DNA of 64,000 nt from a bacterium (GTDB taxonomy: Bacteria; Patescibacteriota; Patescibacteriia; JAACEG01; JAGUWE01). Position 1 is the stretch's first letter; each line of letters starts with the position of its first letter. The position numbers and the translations under genes are program-made. The notes under the pieces were generated by a model. It did no database searches. It was given only the letters and a program-made list of their open reading frames with translations, and was not told the origin of the DNA. The stretch spans positions 4,737-68,736 of the forward strand of contig JAZDOD010000011.1 of NCBI GenBank assembly GCA_043798995.1, written 5' to 3'. Below, piece by piece: positions 38,020-46,142 of the stretch.

Positions 38020-39177
38020 ATGTATCGCGGAATCGCTACTTTTACTTTGGACTATGGCAAGTGCCCGCGTTGGCTTTTTGAGCGGATGGTTAAACTTGGC
38101 CGGGAAATGACAAGGGTTTTAATTGACGAGTATGGCCCGGATGAATTTATTAAAAGAATTGCCGATCCGGTTTGGTTTCAGTCCTTGGGCACGGTTTTGG
38201 CTTTTGACTGGAATGCCAGTGGCCTCACCACTATTTTAACCGCCGCGCTTAAAGAAGCCATTCGTGGCCAGGAAAAAGATTTAGGAATTTTTATCTGCGG
38301 CGGCAAAGGCAAAACTTCGCGCAAAACACCGGATGAGATTGCTCTTTGGGGCCAGAAATTATCGCTGCCCGAAGATAAAATCAATTCCTTAATTTATAAT
38401 TCCAAAATGGCGGCTAAAGTTGACAGCTCCCTGGTTCAGGACGGATTTCAAATTTATCATCACACCTTTTTCTTTAGTAAAAATGGAGGGTGGGCTGTGG
38501 TTCAGCAGGGGATGAATGCCCAAAATCAGACCGCCCGGCGTTATCATTGGTTTTCGGAAAATATCCAAGATTTAGTGGTGGAGCCGCATAGCGGCGTGGT
38601 TTCTGACAGCCGCGGTATAGTTTTAAACTTGGTGGCTAAAGAAAGCGATAAGACCCGAGAATTGTCCACCGAATTAGTCCAAAGCGGTTATAAAACATTA
38701 ATGAAAGATATTGAGCTTTTGCGCCGCCACAGTTCAAGTTTAAGCCGGATGCTGGCGCTTAAATTTAAAGGCGAAAAATTAACCTTTCTGGAATTAGCCA
38801 ATACCGAATTTAAAACTCATCCGGTTTTAGCTGAGGATTTTTCCAAGAGTTGTTATCTGGAAAAAATTTTAGCCAAAGTAACAGATGAAAAGCCAAAAAC
38901 CTACGAAGAACTTTTAGCCACTTCTGGCGTTGGTCCGAAAACTATGCGGGCTTTAGCATTGGTCGGCGAAGTAATTTACGGCGCCGAGCCGTCTTACGAG
39001 GATCCGGCACGCTATAGTTTTGCTCACGGCGGCAAAGATTGGACACCCTATCCGGTTGACCGCCCGACTTATGATTTTACCATCCAGACCATGCAGCGAT
39101 TGGTTGCCAAAACTAAAATCTCGCTTTTTGAAAAAAAGCGAATTGAAAAAAGATTATTAATTGAACATCCTTTTTAA
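38020..39177 (+). CDS. Conserved hypothetical protein with C-terminal helix-hairpin-helix-like motif (possibly DUF763-like; family from memory only)
   Basis: 385 aa; GVGPKTMRALALVGEVIYG resembles HhH. Confidence 0.5.
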   Translation: MYRGIATFTLDYGKCPRWLFERMVKLGREMTRVLIDEYGPDEFIKRIADPVWFQSLGTVLAFDWNASGLTTILTAALKEAIRGQEKDLGIFICGGKGKTSRKTPDEIALWGQKLSLPEDKINSLIYNSKMAAKVDSSLVQDGFQIYHHTFFFSKNGGWAVVQQGMNAQNQTARRYHWFSENIQDLVVEPHSGVVSDSRGIVLNLVAKESDKTRELSTELVQSGYKTLMKDIELLRRHSSSLSRMLALKFKGEKLTFLELANTEFKTHPVLAEDFSKSCYLEKILAKVTDEKPKTYEELLATSGVGPKTMRALALVGEVIYGAEPSYEDPARYSFAHGGKDWTPYPVDRPTYDFTIQTMQRLVAKTKISLFEKKRIEKRLLIEHPF

Positions 39178-39217
39178 ATAAATTTTCAATTTTTTAATTA
39201 AATAAAATAAGAATTTT

Positions 39218-39547
39218 ATGAATTTTGAAGAGTATCAAAAACTTTCGCGGCGGACTGCGTTTTATCCTAACAAAGACAATAATTTTGTTTATCCGACTCT
39301 GGGCTTAAGCGGGGAAACCGGGGAAGTGGCGGAAAAAATCAAAAAAGTTTTGCGTGACAAAAATGGGGTAGTTGACGAAGCCACCAAAGCCGATTTAGCC
39401 AAAGAATTGGGTGATGTTTTGTGGTATATGGCGCAAATTGCCACTGAACTCGGACTTTCACTTGATGAGATTGCTAAGAATAACATTGTCAAATTAGCCG
39501 ATAGGCAGAAGCGAGATATGCTTAAAGGCAATGGTGATAACAGATGA
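39218..39547 (+). CDS. MazG-like nucleoside triphosphate pyrophosphohydrolase
   Basis: YPTLGLSGETGEVAEKIKK...ELGDVLWYMAQIA...NNIVKLADRQKR. Confidence 0.75.
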   Translation: MNFEEYQKLSRRTAFYPNKDNNFVYPTLGLSGETGEVAEKIKKVLRDKNGVVDEATKADLAKELGDVLWYMAQIATELGLSLDEIAKNNIVKLADRQKRDMLKGNGDNR

Positions 39548-39680
39548 CCCCACTTAGTGGGGTCATCCCGAGTGCAGCTCCGTCTAACGGAGCGAAGTCG
39601 AGGGATCCCGTTTAATGAAATAAGAGATCCTCGCGTCGTCCCGCCTTTGGCGGGACTCCTCAGGATGACAAGAAAGTAAT

Positions 39681-39865
39681 CCCCCCTGTGGATAACTTTT
39701 AACAAAAGGACTTGACAAGTTTTTTTTAAAATAGTAAAGTAAAGGCACAATCAACAAACACCACACTCTATATCTATCAGCCATCGACGGCACCAAAAAC
39801 CCAAACAACCAACCCAACCCCACAAACAATCAAACCAAAACACATACTTTTTTTATTGGTAAAAA
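39681..39865 (+). repeat. 185-bp repeat copy 1: DnaA box + TTGACA promoter + CA-rich unstructured segment + U7 (candidate sRNA)
   Basis: TGTGGATAA at 39687-39695; ~95% identical to 40279-40463; (CAA/AAC)n-rich stretch ending CATACTTTTTTTATTGG. Confidence 0.5.
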
Positions 39866-40045
39866 ATTTTCCTTTGTCTTTCAGGGCTTATTAAAATGTC
39901 ATACTGAACTCGTTTCAGTATCTCACAGAGAATTCAAAAAGAGATCCCAAAACCCGCCTGCTCGCCTCGCTGAAGCTTATGACGAAGCGGGCCAACGAGG
40001 CAGGCAAATTCGGGACGACAACTTAAGAATAAGGAATAATAAGCC

Positions 40046-40135
40046 ATGAAAGGCGGGGGATTTTTTCCTTTAGTGTTGGCGGTAGCGCTCAATTCCTTAA
40101 AGTATGTGTTTTCCGGATGGTTAATTAAAATTTGA
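40046..40135 (+). CDS. Possible 29-aa small membrane peptide between the two CA-rich repeats (speculative)
   Basis: MKGGGFFPLVLAVALNSLKYVFSGWLIKI with AAGGA 10 nt upstream. Confidence 0.2.
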   Translation: MKGGGFFPLVLAVALNSLKYVFSGWLIKI

Positions 40136-40223
40136 CTGTCCGGCGCTTGTGGGAAAAAAATATATATAGTGTGGTGCTATATCAAAAATGATGCGCTACT
40201 GCCAGCACTAAAGGAAGAAATAA

Positions 40224-40256
40224 AGAGCGACTAAAAAACGCTCTTTTTATTTTTTA
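40224..40256 (+). terminator. Intrinsic terminator
   Basis: Stem AGAGCG/CGCTCT followed by TTTTTATTTTTT. Confidence 0.6.
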
Positions 40257-40278
40257 AGATCAATAAATGACGAAATCT

Positions 40279-40463
40279 CCCCTTGTGGATAACTTTTAGC
40301 AAAAGGACTTGACAGGCCTTTTTTAAAATAGTAAAGTAAAGGCACAATCAACAAACACCACACTCTATATCTATCAGCCATCGACGGCACCAAAAACCCA
40401 AACAACCAACCCAACCCCACAACCCAATCAAACCAAAACACATACTTTTTTTATTGGTAAAAA
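40279..40463 (+). repeat. 185-bp repeat copy 2 (DnaA box + promoter + CA-rich segment), followed by a terminator hairpin
   Basis: TGTGGATAA at 40285-40293; downstream GAACTCC-TCATC-GGAGTTTTTTT. Confidence 0.5.
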
Positions 40464-40701
40464 CAGAACTCCTCATCGGAGTTTTTTTATTCTCCTTCGC
40501 CAGAATACCTCACCGCTTGCGGCGAGGATGAATGGCGAGGAGAACCCTTCCGAAGCTCGAAGAGCGAAGGAGGGTTGGCTTCGGAAGAATTCCGATACCG
40601 CACCGCTTGCGGTGCGGTTCTTTATTTGGCTTTGTTACTAAAAATTGTTATTATGATATTAACTTAATCGCGTTTAATTTTTATTAGTAGAGTTAATTTT
40701 T

Positions 40702-42861
40702 ATGAGCAAAAGCGAAGATCATCACCATAAAAAAGAAATTAACAATCAAGAATTTAGCTGTCCCATGCATCCAGAGGTGAGACAATCGCAAGAGGGGATT
40801 TGTCCTCTTTGCGGTATGAAGCTTGTGCCAATCAAGAAAAAAACCGAAATTGAGGAAAAAGAATCTTCTGACAAGCATGCCGGCCACGCTTTAAGGAGTT
40901 TCGCCCGAAAATTTTGGCTAAGTTTAATTTTAACCATTCCGGTTATTTTCTTTTCCGAAATCGCCTATAAACTTTTTGGCCTACCCATCTCAATTTCGCC
41001 GGGTTCGCCATATCTGCGATTCATTTTTGGTTCTATTATCTTTTTTTACGGCGGCTGGGTTTTTATTCGGGGCGCCAAAAGAGAACTCCAGGCCAAATTG
41101 CCCGGCATGATGACGCTCATTGCTTTAGCAATTTCAGTTGCTTATTCTTACAGCGTAATCGTTACTTTTATAATTTCCGGCGAGGATCTTTTTTGGGAGT
41201 TAACAACTTTGATTACGATTATGCTTTTGGGGCATTGGTTGGAAATGAGAGCTGTTCAGGGAGCTCAACGCGCCTTACAGGAGCTTTCTAAACTTTTGCC
41301 AGAAACCGCTGAAATAATTGAAGGGACCGAAACAAAAATCATTTCTTTGAAAGAACTTAAAATCGGCGATTTAGTTTTAGTCAGACCCGGAGCTAAAATT
41401 CCGGCCGATGGGCAGGTTCGCGAGGGAGAATCGGAAGTTAATGAAGCCGTCATTACCGGCGAATCAAAGCCGGTTCGCAAACTTTCCGGCAGTGAAGTTA
41501 TCGCCGGCTCAATTAATGGCGACGGAGGGCTCAAAGTTGAAATTACTAAAATTGGGGAGAACACTTTTTTAGCCGGCGTGATGCGCTTGGTGGCCGAAGC
41601 TCAGGCCTCAAAATCCCGCCTGCAAACACTCTCGGATAAAGCAGCTTTTTATTTAACCATTATTGCTGTTTTGAGCGGTGCCTTAACTTTTTTGATTTGG
41701 CTTTTGGCCAGCGCAGGATTTAATTTTGCGCTTGAACGATTGGTGGCGGTTTTAGTGATCGCTTGCCCCCATGCTTTGGGCTTAGCCATTCCTTTAGTTG
41801 CTTCCATTTCCACTGCCTTAGCGGCTCGCAGCGGCTTTTTAGTCAGAGATCGTCTCTCTTTGGAAGCCGCGCGGAATGTCAATATTGTTCTCTTTGATAA
41901 GACCGGCACCTTGACCAAGGGCGAATTTGGCGTTCAGGAAATTATAATTAATAAAGAAGCAAAACTTCCCCGGGAAAATTTTGAAATTAATGAAAATACA
42001 ATTTTACAATGGGCCGCCTCGGCCGACAATCAGGCCGAACATTTTTTAGCCCAAGCCATTGTCAAGGAGGCGCAAAAAAGAAATTTAGAACTTTGGCCGG
42101 CCCAAAATTTTCAGGCCTTAAAAGGCAGAGGAGTAATTGCCAATGTTCAAGCTCAAGAAGTTTTAGTTGGAGGCGATATTTTATTCCGCGAAAAAAATCT
42201 GATTTTTTCCGGCCAATTTAAAGAAACGGCTGAATCCTTAGCCCAACAAGGCAAAACCATTATTTATCTTATTGTAAATAATGAAATTTTAGGCGCCATC
42301 GCTTTGGTTGATCTTATTCGGGATGAATCGCGAGAAGCGATTAAAGAGCTTAAAGAGATGGAAGTGAAAGTGGCTATGATTACCGGCGATTCAGAAGAAG
42401 TAGCCGAGTGGGTGGCAAAGGAATTAGAAATAGATGAGTATTTTGCCAGAGTCCTTCCTCAAGAAAAAGCAGAAAAAGTAAAATTGCTTCAAGGGAATGG
42501 TTATCGCGTCGCGATGGTCGGCGACGGCATTAATGATGCGCCGGCTTTGGTTGGGGCCGATGTGGGCATTGCCATTGGCGCCGGCACTAACGTCGCCATT
42601 GAATCAGCCGGCATTGTTTTAGTCCGAAATGATCCGCGAGACATTGCTAAAATCATCAAACTTTCGCGTCGCACTTACCGAAAAATGATTCAAAATCTTT
42701 TCTGGGCAACCGGCTATAATATTGTAGCTTTGCCTTTGGCGGCCGGTGTTTTAGCTTCGCACGGAATTTTGCTTCAGCCGGCTTTGGCAGCTGTTTTTAT
42801 GTCGCTAAGCACGGTGATTGTGGCAATTAATGCTATGGCACTAAGAAGAGTTCAGTTATAA
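40702..42861 (+). CDS. copA: Heavy-metal (copper-type) translocating P1B-type ATPase
   Basis: His-rich N-terminus, CPMHPE...CPLCGM metal-binding, CPH in TM6, DKTGTLT, GDGINDAP. Confidence 0.9.
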   Translation: MSKSEDHHHKKEINNQEFSCPMHPEVRQSQEGICPLCGMKLVPIKKKTEIEEKESSDKHAGHALRSFARKFWLSLILTIPVIFFSEIAYKLFGLPISISPGSPYLRFIFGSIIFFYGGWVFIRGAKRELQAKLPGMMTLIALAISVAYSYSVIVTFIISGEDLFWELTTLITIMLLGHWLEMRAVQGAQRALQELSKLLPETAEIIEGTETKIISLKELKIGDLVLVRPGAKIPADGQVREGESEVNEAVITGESKPVRKLSGSEVIAGSINGDGGLKVEITKIGENTFLAGVMRLVAEAQASKSRLQTLSDKAAFYLTIIAVLSGALTFLIWLLASAGFNFALERLVAVLVIACPHALGLAIPLVASISTALAARSGFLVRDRLSLEAARNVNIVLFDKTGTLTKGEFGVQEIIINKEAKLPRENFEINENTILQWAASADNQAEHFLAQAIVKEAQKRNLELWPAQNFQALKGRGVIANVQAQEVLVGGDILFREKNLIFSGQFKETAESLAQQGKTIIYLIVNNEILGAIALVDLIRDESREAIKELKEMEVKVAMITGDSEEVAEWVAKELEIDEYFARVLPQEKAEKVKLLQGNGYRVAMVGDGINDAPALVGADVGIAIGAGTNVAIESAGIVLVRNDPRDIAKIIKLSRRTYRKMIQNLFWATGYNIVALPLAAGVLASHGILLQPALAAVFMSLSTVIVAINAMALRRVQL

Positions 42862-42915
42862 TTTTTTTAATTTTCGCTTTTTGAAAACTAAATAATTCAA
42901 AGAAAGGAAAAAACA

Positions 42916-43146
42916 ATGGTTGAACAAGGAAGAAAACGAATAATTATCACCCATTATTGTGTGCCCGATGATTTTGAAGGAATTTTTAAATGTGAGAGGT
43001 GCGGCAAAGAAGCACCCTGGAAAAATGAAAATTATAAAACACGGCGTCGCGACGACCCTAAATGCAATGGCCGGATGCATTTGCAATTATTCAGAAAGAT
43101 AAAAAAGGAGGTAAAAACAAATAAAATTTTAGGATTAACCTCTTGA
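42916..43146 (+). CDS. Hypothetical Cys-rich small protein (76 aa)
   Basis: YCVPDD...CERCGKE...CNGRMH; SD AAAGGAAAAAACA. Confidence 0.45.
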   Translation: MVEQGRKRIIITHYCVPDDFEGIFKCERCGKEAPWKNENYKTRRRDDPKCNGRMHLQLFRKIKKEVKTNKILGLTS

Positions 43147-43168
43147 TTGCTCAAGAGGTTTTTTTTTA
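43138..43168 (+). terminator. Intrinsic terminator
   Basis: AACCTCTTGA-TTGC-TCAAGAGGTT followed by T8. Confidence 0.7.
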
Positions 43169-43181
43169 TTCTATTTAATCC

Positions 43182-43210
43182 TTGACAAAATCGGCTAAAT
43201 CTGTTATAAT
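43182..43210 (+). promoter_or_regulatory. Consensus sigma70 promoter (TTGACA-17-TATAAT)
   Basis: TTGACA 43182-43187, TATAAT 43205-43210. Confidence 0.55.
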
Positions 43211-43211
43211 A

Positions 43212-43350
43212 AAAGATCAAAAAGTAAATAAAATTTTGATAATGTTCTTTTCAAAAATTCAGAGGTCTAAGCGGCGGTTAGCTGGTGATCCAGATAATTG
43301 CCACCTAGCTCTTTGAGTAAACATCTTTTAAAAAAGAAGGAGGAAAGAAG
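43212..43350 (+). promoter_or_regulatory. ~140-nt structured leader (candidate cis-regulatory RNA, unclassified)
   Basis: Possible 3-way junction: P1 UCAGAGG/CUCUUUGA enclosing hairpins CUAA-GCGGCGG-UUAG and GCUGGUG...CACCUAGC, ending at SD AAGGAGG. Confidence 0.25.
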
Positions 43351-43539
43351 ATGTATTATATTGACGGTGATATTGTAGATGTAGAAACTTATGTAGAATT
43401 TTTGGAAAGAATAATAATTTATGCAAAAGAGGTAATAGAAGGTAAATATGATAACATTAAAGAACACAAGATTTTACCAATTGAAGCGGTTGTAAAAGAT
43501 ATTGAAAGAAATAGAGAAAGGAGGAAAATGCTAAAATAA
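43351..43539 (+). CDS. Hypothetical small protein (62 aa)
   Basis: Strong SD AAGGAGGAAAGAAG; two downstream hairpins plus T-run. Confidence 0.45.
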   Translation: MYYIDGDIVDVETYVEFLERIIIYAKEVIEGKYDNIKEHKILPIEAVVKDIERNRERRKMLK

Positions 43540-43673
43540 ATTAAGCAAAACATAGGTTGGTGGCAAAACCCTTAAAACTTAAGCCACCGGGAGAGGAATG
43601 TTGCAAAATTTTCTCTCCTTTTGTTTTTTAAAATATTTTGTTAAGATAAGGAAATATCTATTTAATTTAAAAT

Positions 43674-44561
43674 ATGAAAAAATATTTTTTAATCGTTCTA
43701 ATAATTATTATTAGTTTTTTTGTTTTTCTGCCTAAGATTTTGCCGGCTAAAAATGAAAATCAGACAAAAGAAAACTATCAGCCGACAAAGAAAGAAGAGG
43801 CCGTGTTTGCTATCCAAGTAGAATCAAAAACTGTTTTTAACCAAAGAGCCGAGGCGCCGATCTTTCTTTTTCATCATATCAGGCCGTTTGATAAAAATTT
43901 AAGCCCGGCCGAGTTTGATTTAACCGTTTGGCAGAACATTTTTGAAGAGCAGCTTAAGTTTTTTAACCAGCAGGATTTTCATTCAATTAGTTTGCAAGAA
44001 CTCAATAATTATTTCTATCAAGGAAAATCATTGCCAGCCAAACCCTATATTTTAACTTTTGATGACGGCTATGAAGATTTTTATAAATCTGTCTGGCCGC
44101 TTCTTGAGAAATATCAAACTAAAGCCACAATTTTTGTTATTACCGGTTTGGTCAATCAACCCGGCTATTTGACCTGGCCGCAGATTGAAGAGCTGGCTAA
44201 AAGCGATTTGATTGAGTTTGGCGCTCACACCATTGATCATAAATATTTATCATTAGCGCCGCCTTCGCTTACTTTTTATCGTTTAAGCCAAGAAATTTTT
44301 GGACCAAAAACAGAGCTCGAAAAAAGGACCGGCCGCCGCGTTGAATTTTTTTCCTATCCCTATGGTTTTTATAATCAGCAGATTTTAGACCTAGTCAAAG
44401 AAGCTAAATACGCCGGAGCAGTGACAACCGATGGGGGAGTTTGGCAAGAAGCGGAAAAAATTTATGAATTAAAGCGGCTCCGGCTTTCCAATAGCGACAC
44501 GGCCGGTAATTTAGATTATAGATTAAAAGGTTTGCTTTCAAAAAATTATTTTTCAAACTGA
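43674..44561 (+). CDS. Polysaccharide deacetylase (NodB-homology domain), membrane-anchored
   Basis: N-terminal TM; YILTFDDGYEDFY, GAHTIDHKYL, FFSYPYGFYN. Confidence 0.85.
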   Translation: MKKYFLIVLIIIISFFVFLPKILPAKNENQTKENYQPTKKEEAVFAIQVESKTVFNQRAEAPIFLFHHIRPFDKNLSPAEFDLTVWQNIFEEQLKFFNQQDFHSISLQELNNYFYQGKSLPAKPYILTFDDGYEDFYKSVWPLLEKYQTKATIFVITGLVNQPGYLTWPQIEELAKSDLIEFGAHTIDHKYLSLAPPSLTFYRLSQEIFGPKTELEKRTGRRVEFFSYPYGFYNQQILDLVKEAKYAGAVTTDGGVWQEAEKIYELKRLRLSNSDTAGNLDYRLKGLLSKNYFSN

Positions 44562-44626
44562 AGCGTTGACATTTTTTAAAAATTAACTTAAAATTTAAAT
44601 GTAAAAATTCAAGTCAAGGAGGAGAA

Positions 44627-44893
44627 ATGAGAGATTTAAAACTCTCGCAATTGGGCATTGATGGTTTGATAAATTTTATTCAACAAAATCCTCGACCCGG
44701 GGAGATTGAGGGGGTTAAAACCGGTTCAAAAATAAGACACTGGATGATAGTAGAAATTTTATGCAGGCTAAAAGATTTAACTAAAGAGAACAAAGAATTA
44801 AAAAAGAGAATTAAGATTTTAGAAGAAAGTGTTAAAGTTTGCAAGAAAATTTCTGAAAAGATTTCTAAATTTGATCGCAAGCAAGGAAGGTAA
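44627..44893 (+). CDS. Hypothetical small coiled-coil protein
   Basis: Promoter TTGACA-17-TAAAAT at 44566; SD AAGGAGGAG; terminator GGAAGG/CCTTCC plus T-run. Confidence 0.4.
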   Translation: MRDLKLSQLGIDGLINFIQQNPRPGEIEGVKTGSKIRHWMIVEILCRLKDLTKENKELKKRIKILEESVKVCKKISEKISKFDRKQGR

Positions 44894-44940
44894 TACCCTT
44901 CCTTTTTTCTTGCCCATACATTAATATAATAATTACATTT

Positions 44941-46050
44941 ATGATAAAAACCAAAAAAATTTGTCCTGAGCACTTCGATTTCACTCAGTGTAAACTTCGT
45001 CAAAGGGTTTTAGTGGCCATGTCCGGCGGAGTTGATTCGTCGGTGGCGGCTTGGCTTTTAAAAAAACAAGGATTTGAGGTTAGGGGAGTTTTTTTGAATT
45101 TAGGGCAAGTTAAATATAAAGAATCAGTTGTGGCAACTAAAAGAGTAGCTAAAAAGATAGGCATTCCCTTTCGAGTTATTGATATAAGAAAAGAATTTGA
45201 AAAGGAAGTGGTTGATTATTTCTTGCAAAGTTATTTCCATGGCCTGACACCTAATCCTTGTGTAGTTTGCAACCAGAAAATTAAGTTTGAGACCCTTCTT
45301 AAATTGGCTAAAAAATATAGGGCCGATTTTGTGGCAACGGGTCATTATGCCCGGCTCCGCCGTAGCCGACAGCCGACAGCCGACAGCCGACATCTCTTAA
45401 TCCTTTGGCAAGCCAAAGACGAAAAAAAGGATCAGTCGTATTTTTTATATACTTTGAAGCAAAAACAATTGGCCAAAATATTATTCCCCCTGGGCAATTT
45501 AACCAAAGAGGAAGTAAAAAAAATAGCGGACAAAAATTATTTACCTTATTTCAAAAAAGAAAGTCAGGATATTTGTTTTTTATTTTGTGAAACTTCTGAA
45601 TTTTTAAAACAAAATCTTAAACTAAAGCCCGGGCCGATTGTCACAACAGCGGGCAAACTCATTGGCCGACACGAGGGCTTGCCGCTTTATACTTTAGGCC
45701 AGCGCCGAGCAGTTAAAATCGGCGGCATCGGGCCTTTTTATGTGGTCGGCCGCGATTTTAAAAAAAATCAATTAATTGTCACGGGCAAATTTGACGATTC
45801 GGTTTTGTATTCAGATAAACTTTTAGCCGGTCAAGTTAACTGGCTTGCTGGCGAAAGCCCAAAATTGCCTTTGAAATGTCGGGCGCGAGTCCGTTACCAA
45901 CAGCCATTGGTTGATTGCTTGGTCAGCAAAAAAGGCAAAAACTATCTGGTTAAATTCAAGCAAAAACTGCGCGCTATCACACCGGGACAGTCGGTGGTTT
46001 TCTATAAAAATAAAGAGATATTAGGCGGGGGAGTTATCGTTGACGAATAG
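44941..46050 (+). CDS. mnmA: tRNA-specific 2-thiouridylase
   Basis: PP-loop VAMSGGVDSSVAA, ATGHYARL, DQSYFLY; contains heptanucleotide repeat. Confidence 0.9.
   Translation: MIKTKKICPEHFDFTQCKLRQRVLVAMSGGVDSSVAAWLLKKQGFEVRGVFLNLGQVKYKESVVATKRVAKKIGIPFRVIDIRKEFEKEVVDYFLQSYFHGLTPNPCVVCNQKIKFETLLKLAKKYRADFVATGHYARLRRSRQPTADSRHLLILWQAKDEKKDQSYFLYTLKQKQLAKILFPLGNLTKEEVKKIADKNYLPYFKKESQDICFLFCETSEFLKQNLKLKPGPIVTTAGKLIGRHEGLPLYTLGQRRAVKIGGIGPFYVVGRDFKKNQLIVTGKFDDSVLYSDKLLAGQVNWLAGESPKLPLKCRARVRYQQPLVDCLVSKKGKNYLVKFKQKLRAITPGQSVVFYKNKEILGGGVIVDE
45364..45391 (+). repeat. Tandem heptanucleotide repeat (AGCCGAC)x4 inside mnmA
   Basis: Four perfect tandem 7-nt units translated as SRQPTADSR. Confidence 0.8.
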
Positions 46051-46142
46051 GCCAAAATCTTGTAATCTTTAACTTGTAACCCGCAACTTATTTTTTTGGT
46101 ATTTATGTTATAAGTTACAAGTTTTAAGTTTCAATAATTTAT

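Noticed and set aside
39584-39829. Minus-strand ORFs 39584-39829 and 40247-40441 encoding MFVGLGWLFGFLVPSMADRYRVWCLL...
   Set aside because: They are the G/T-rich complement of the duplicated CA-rich repeat, use TTG/GTG starts, and diverge immediately outside the repeat. Judged as repeat translation, not genes.
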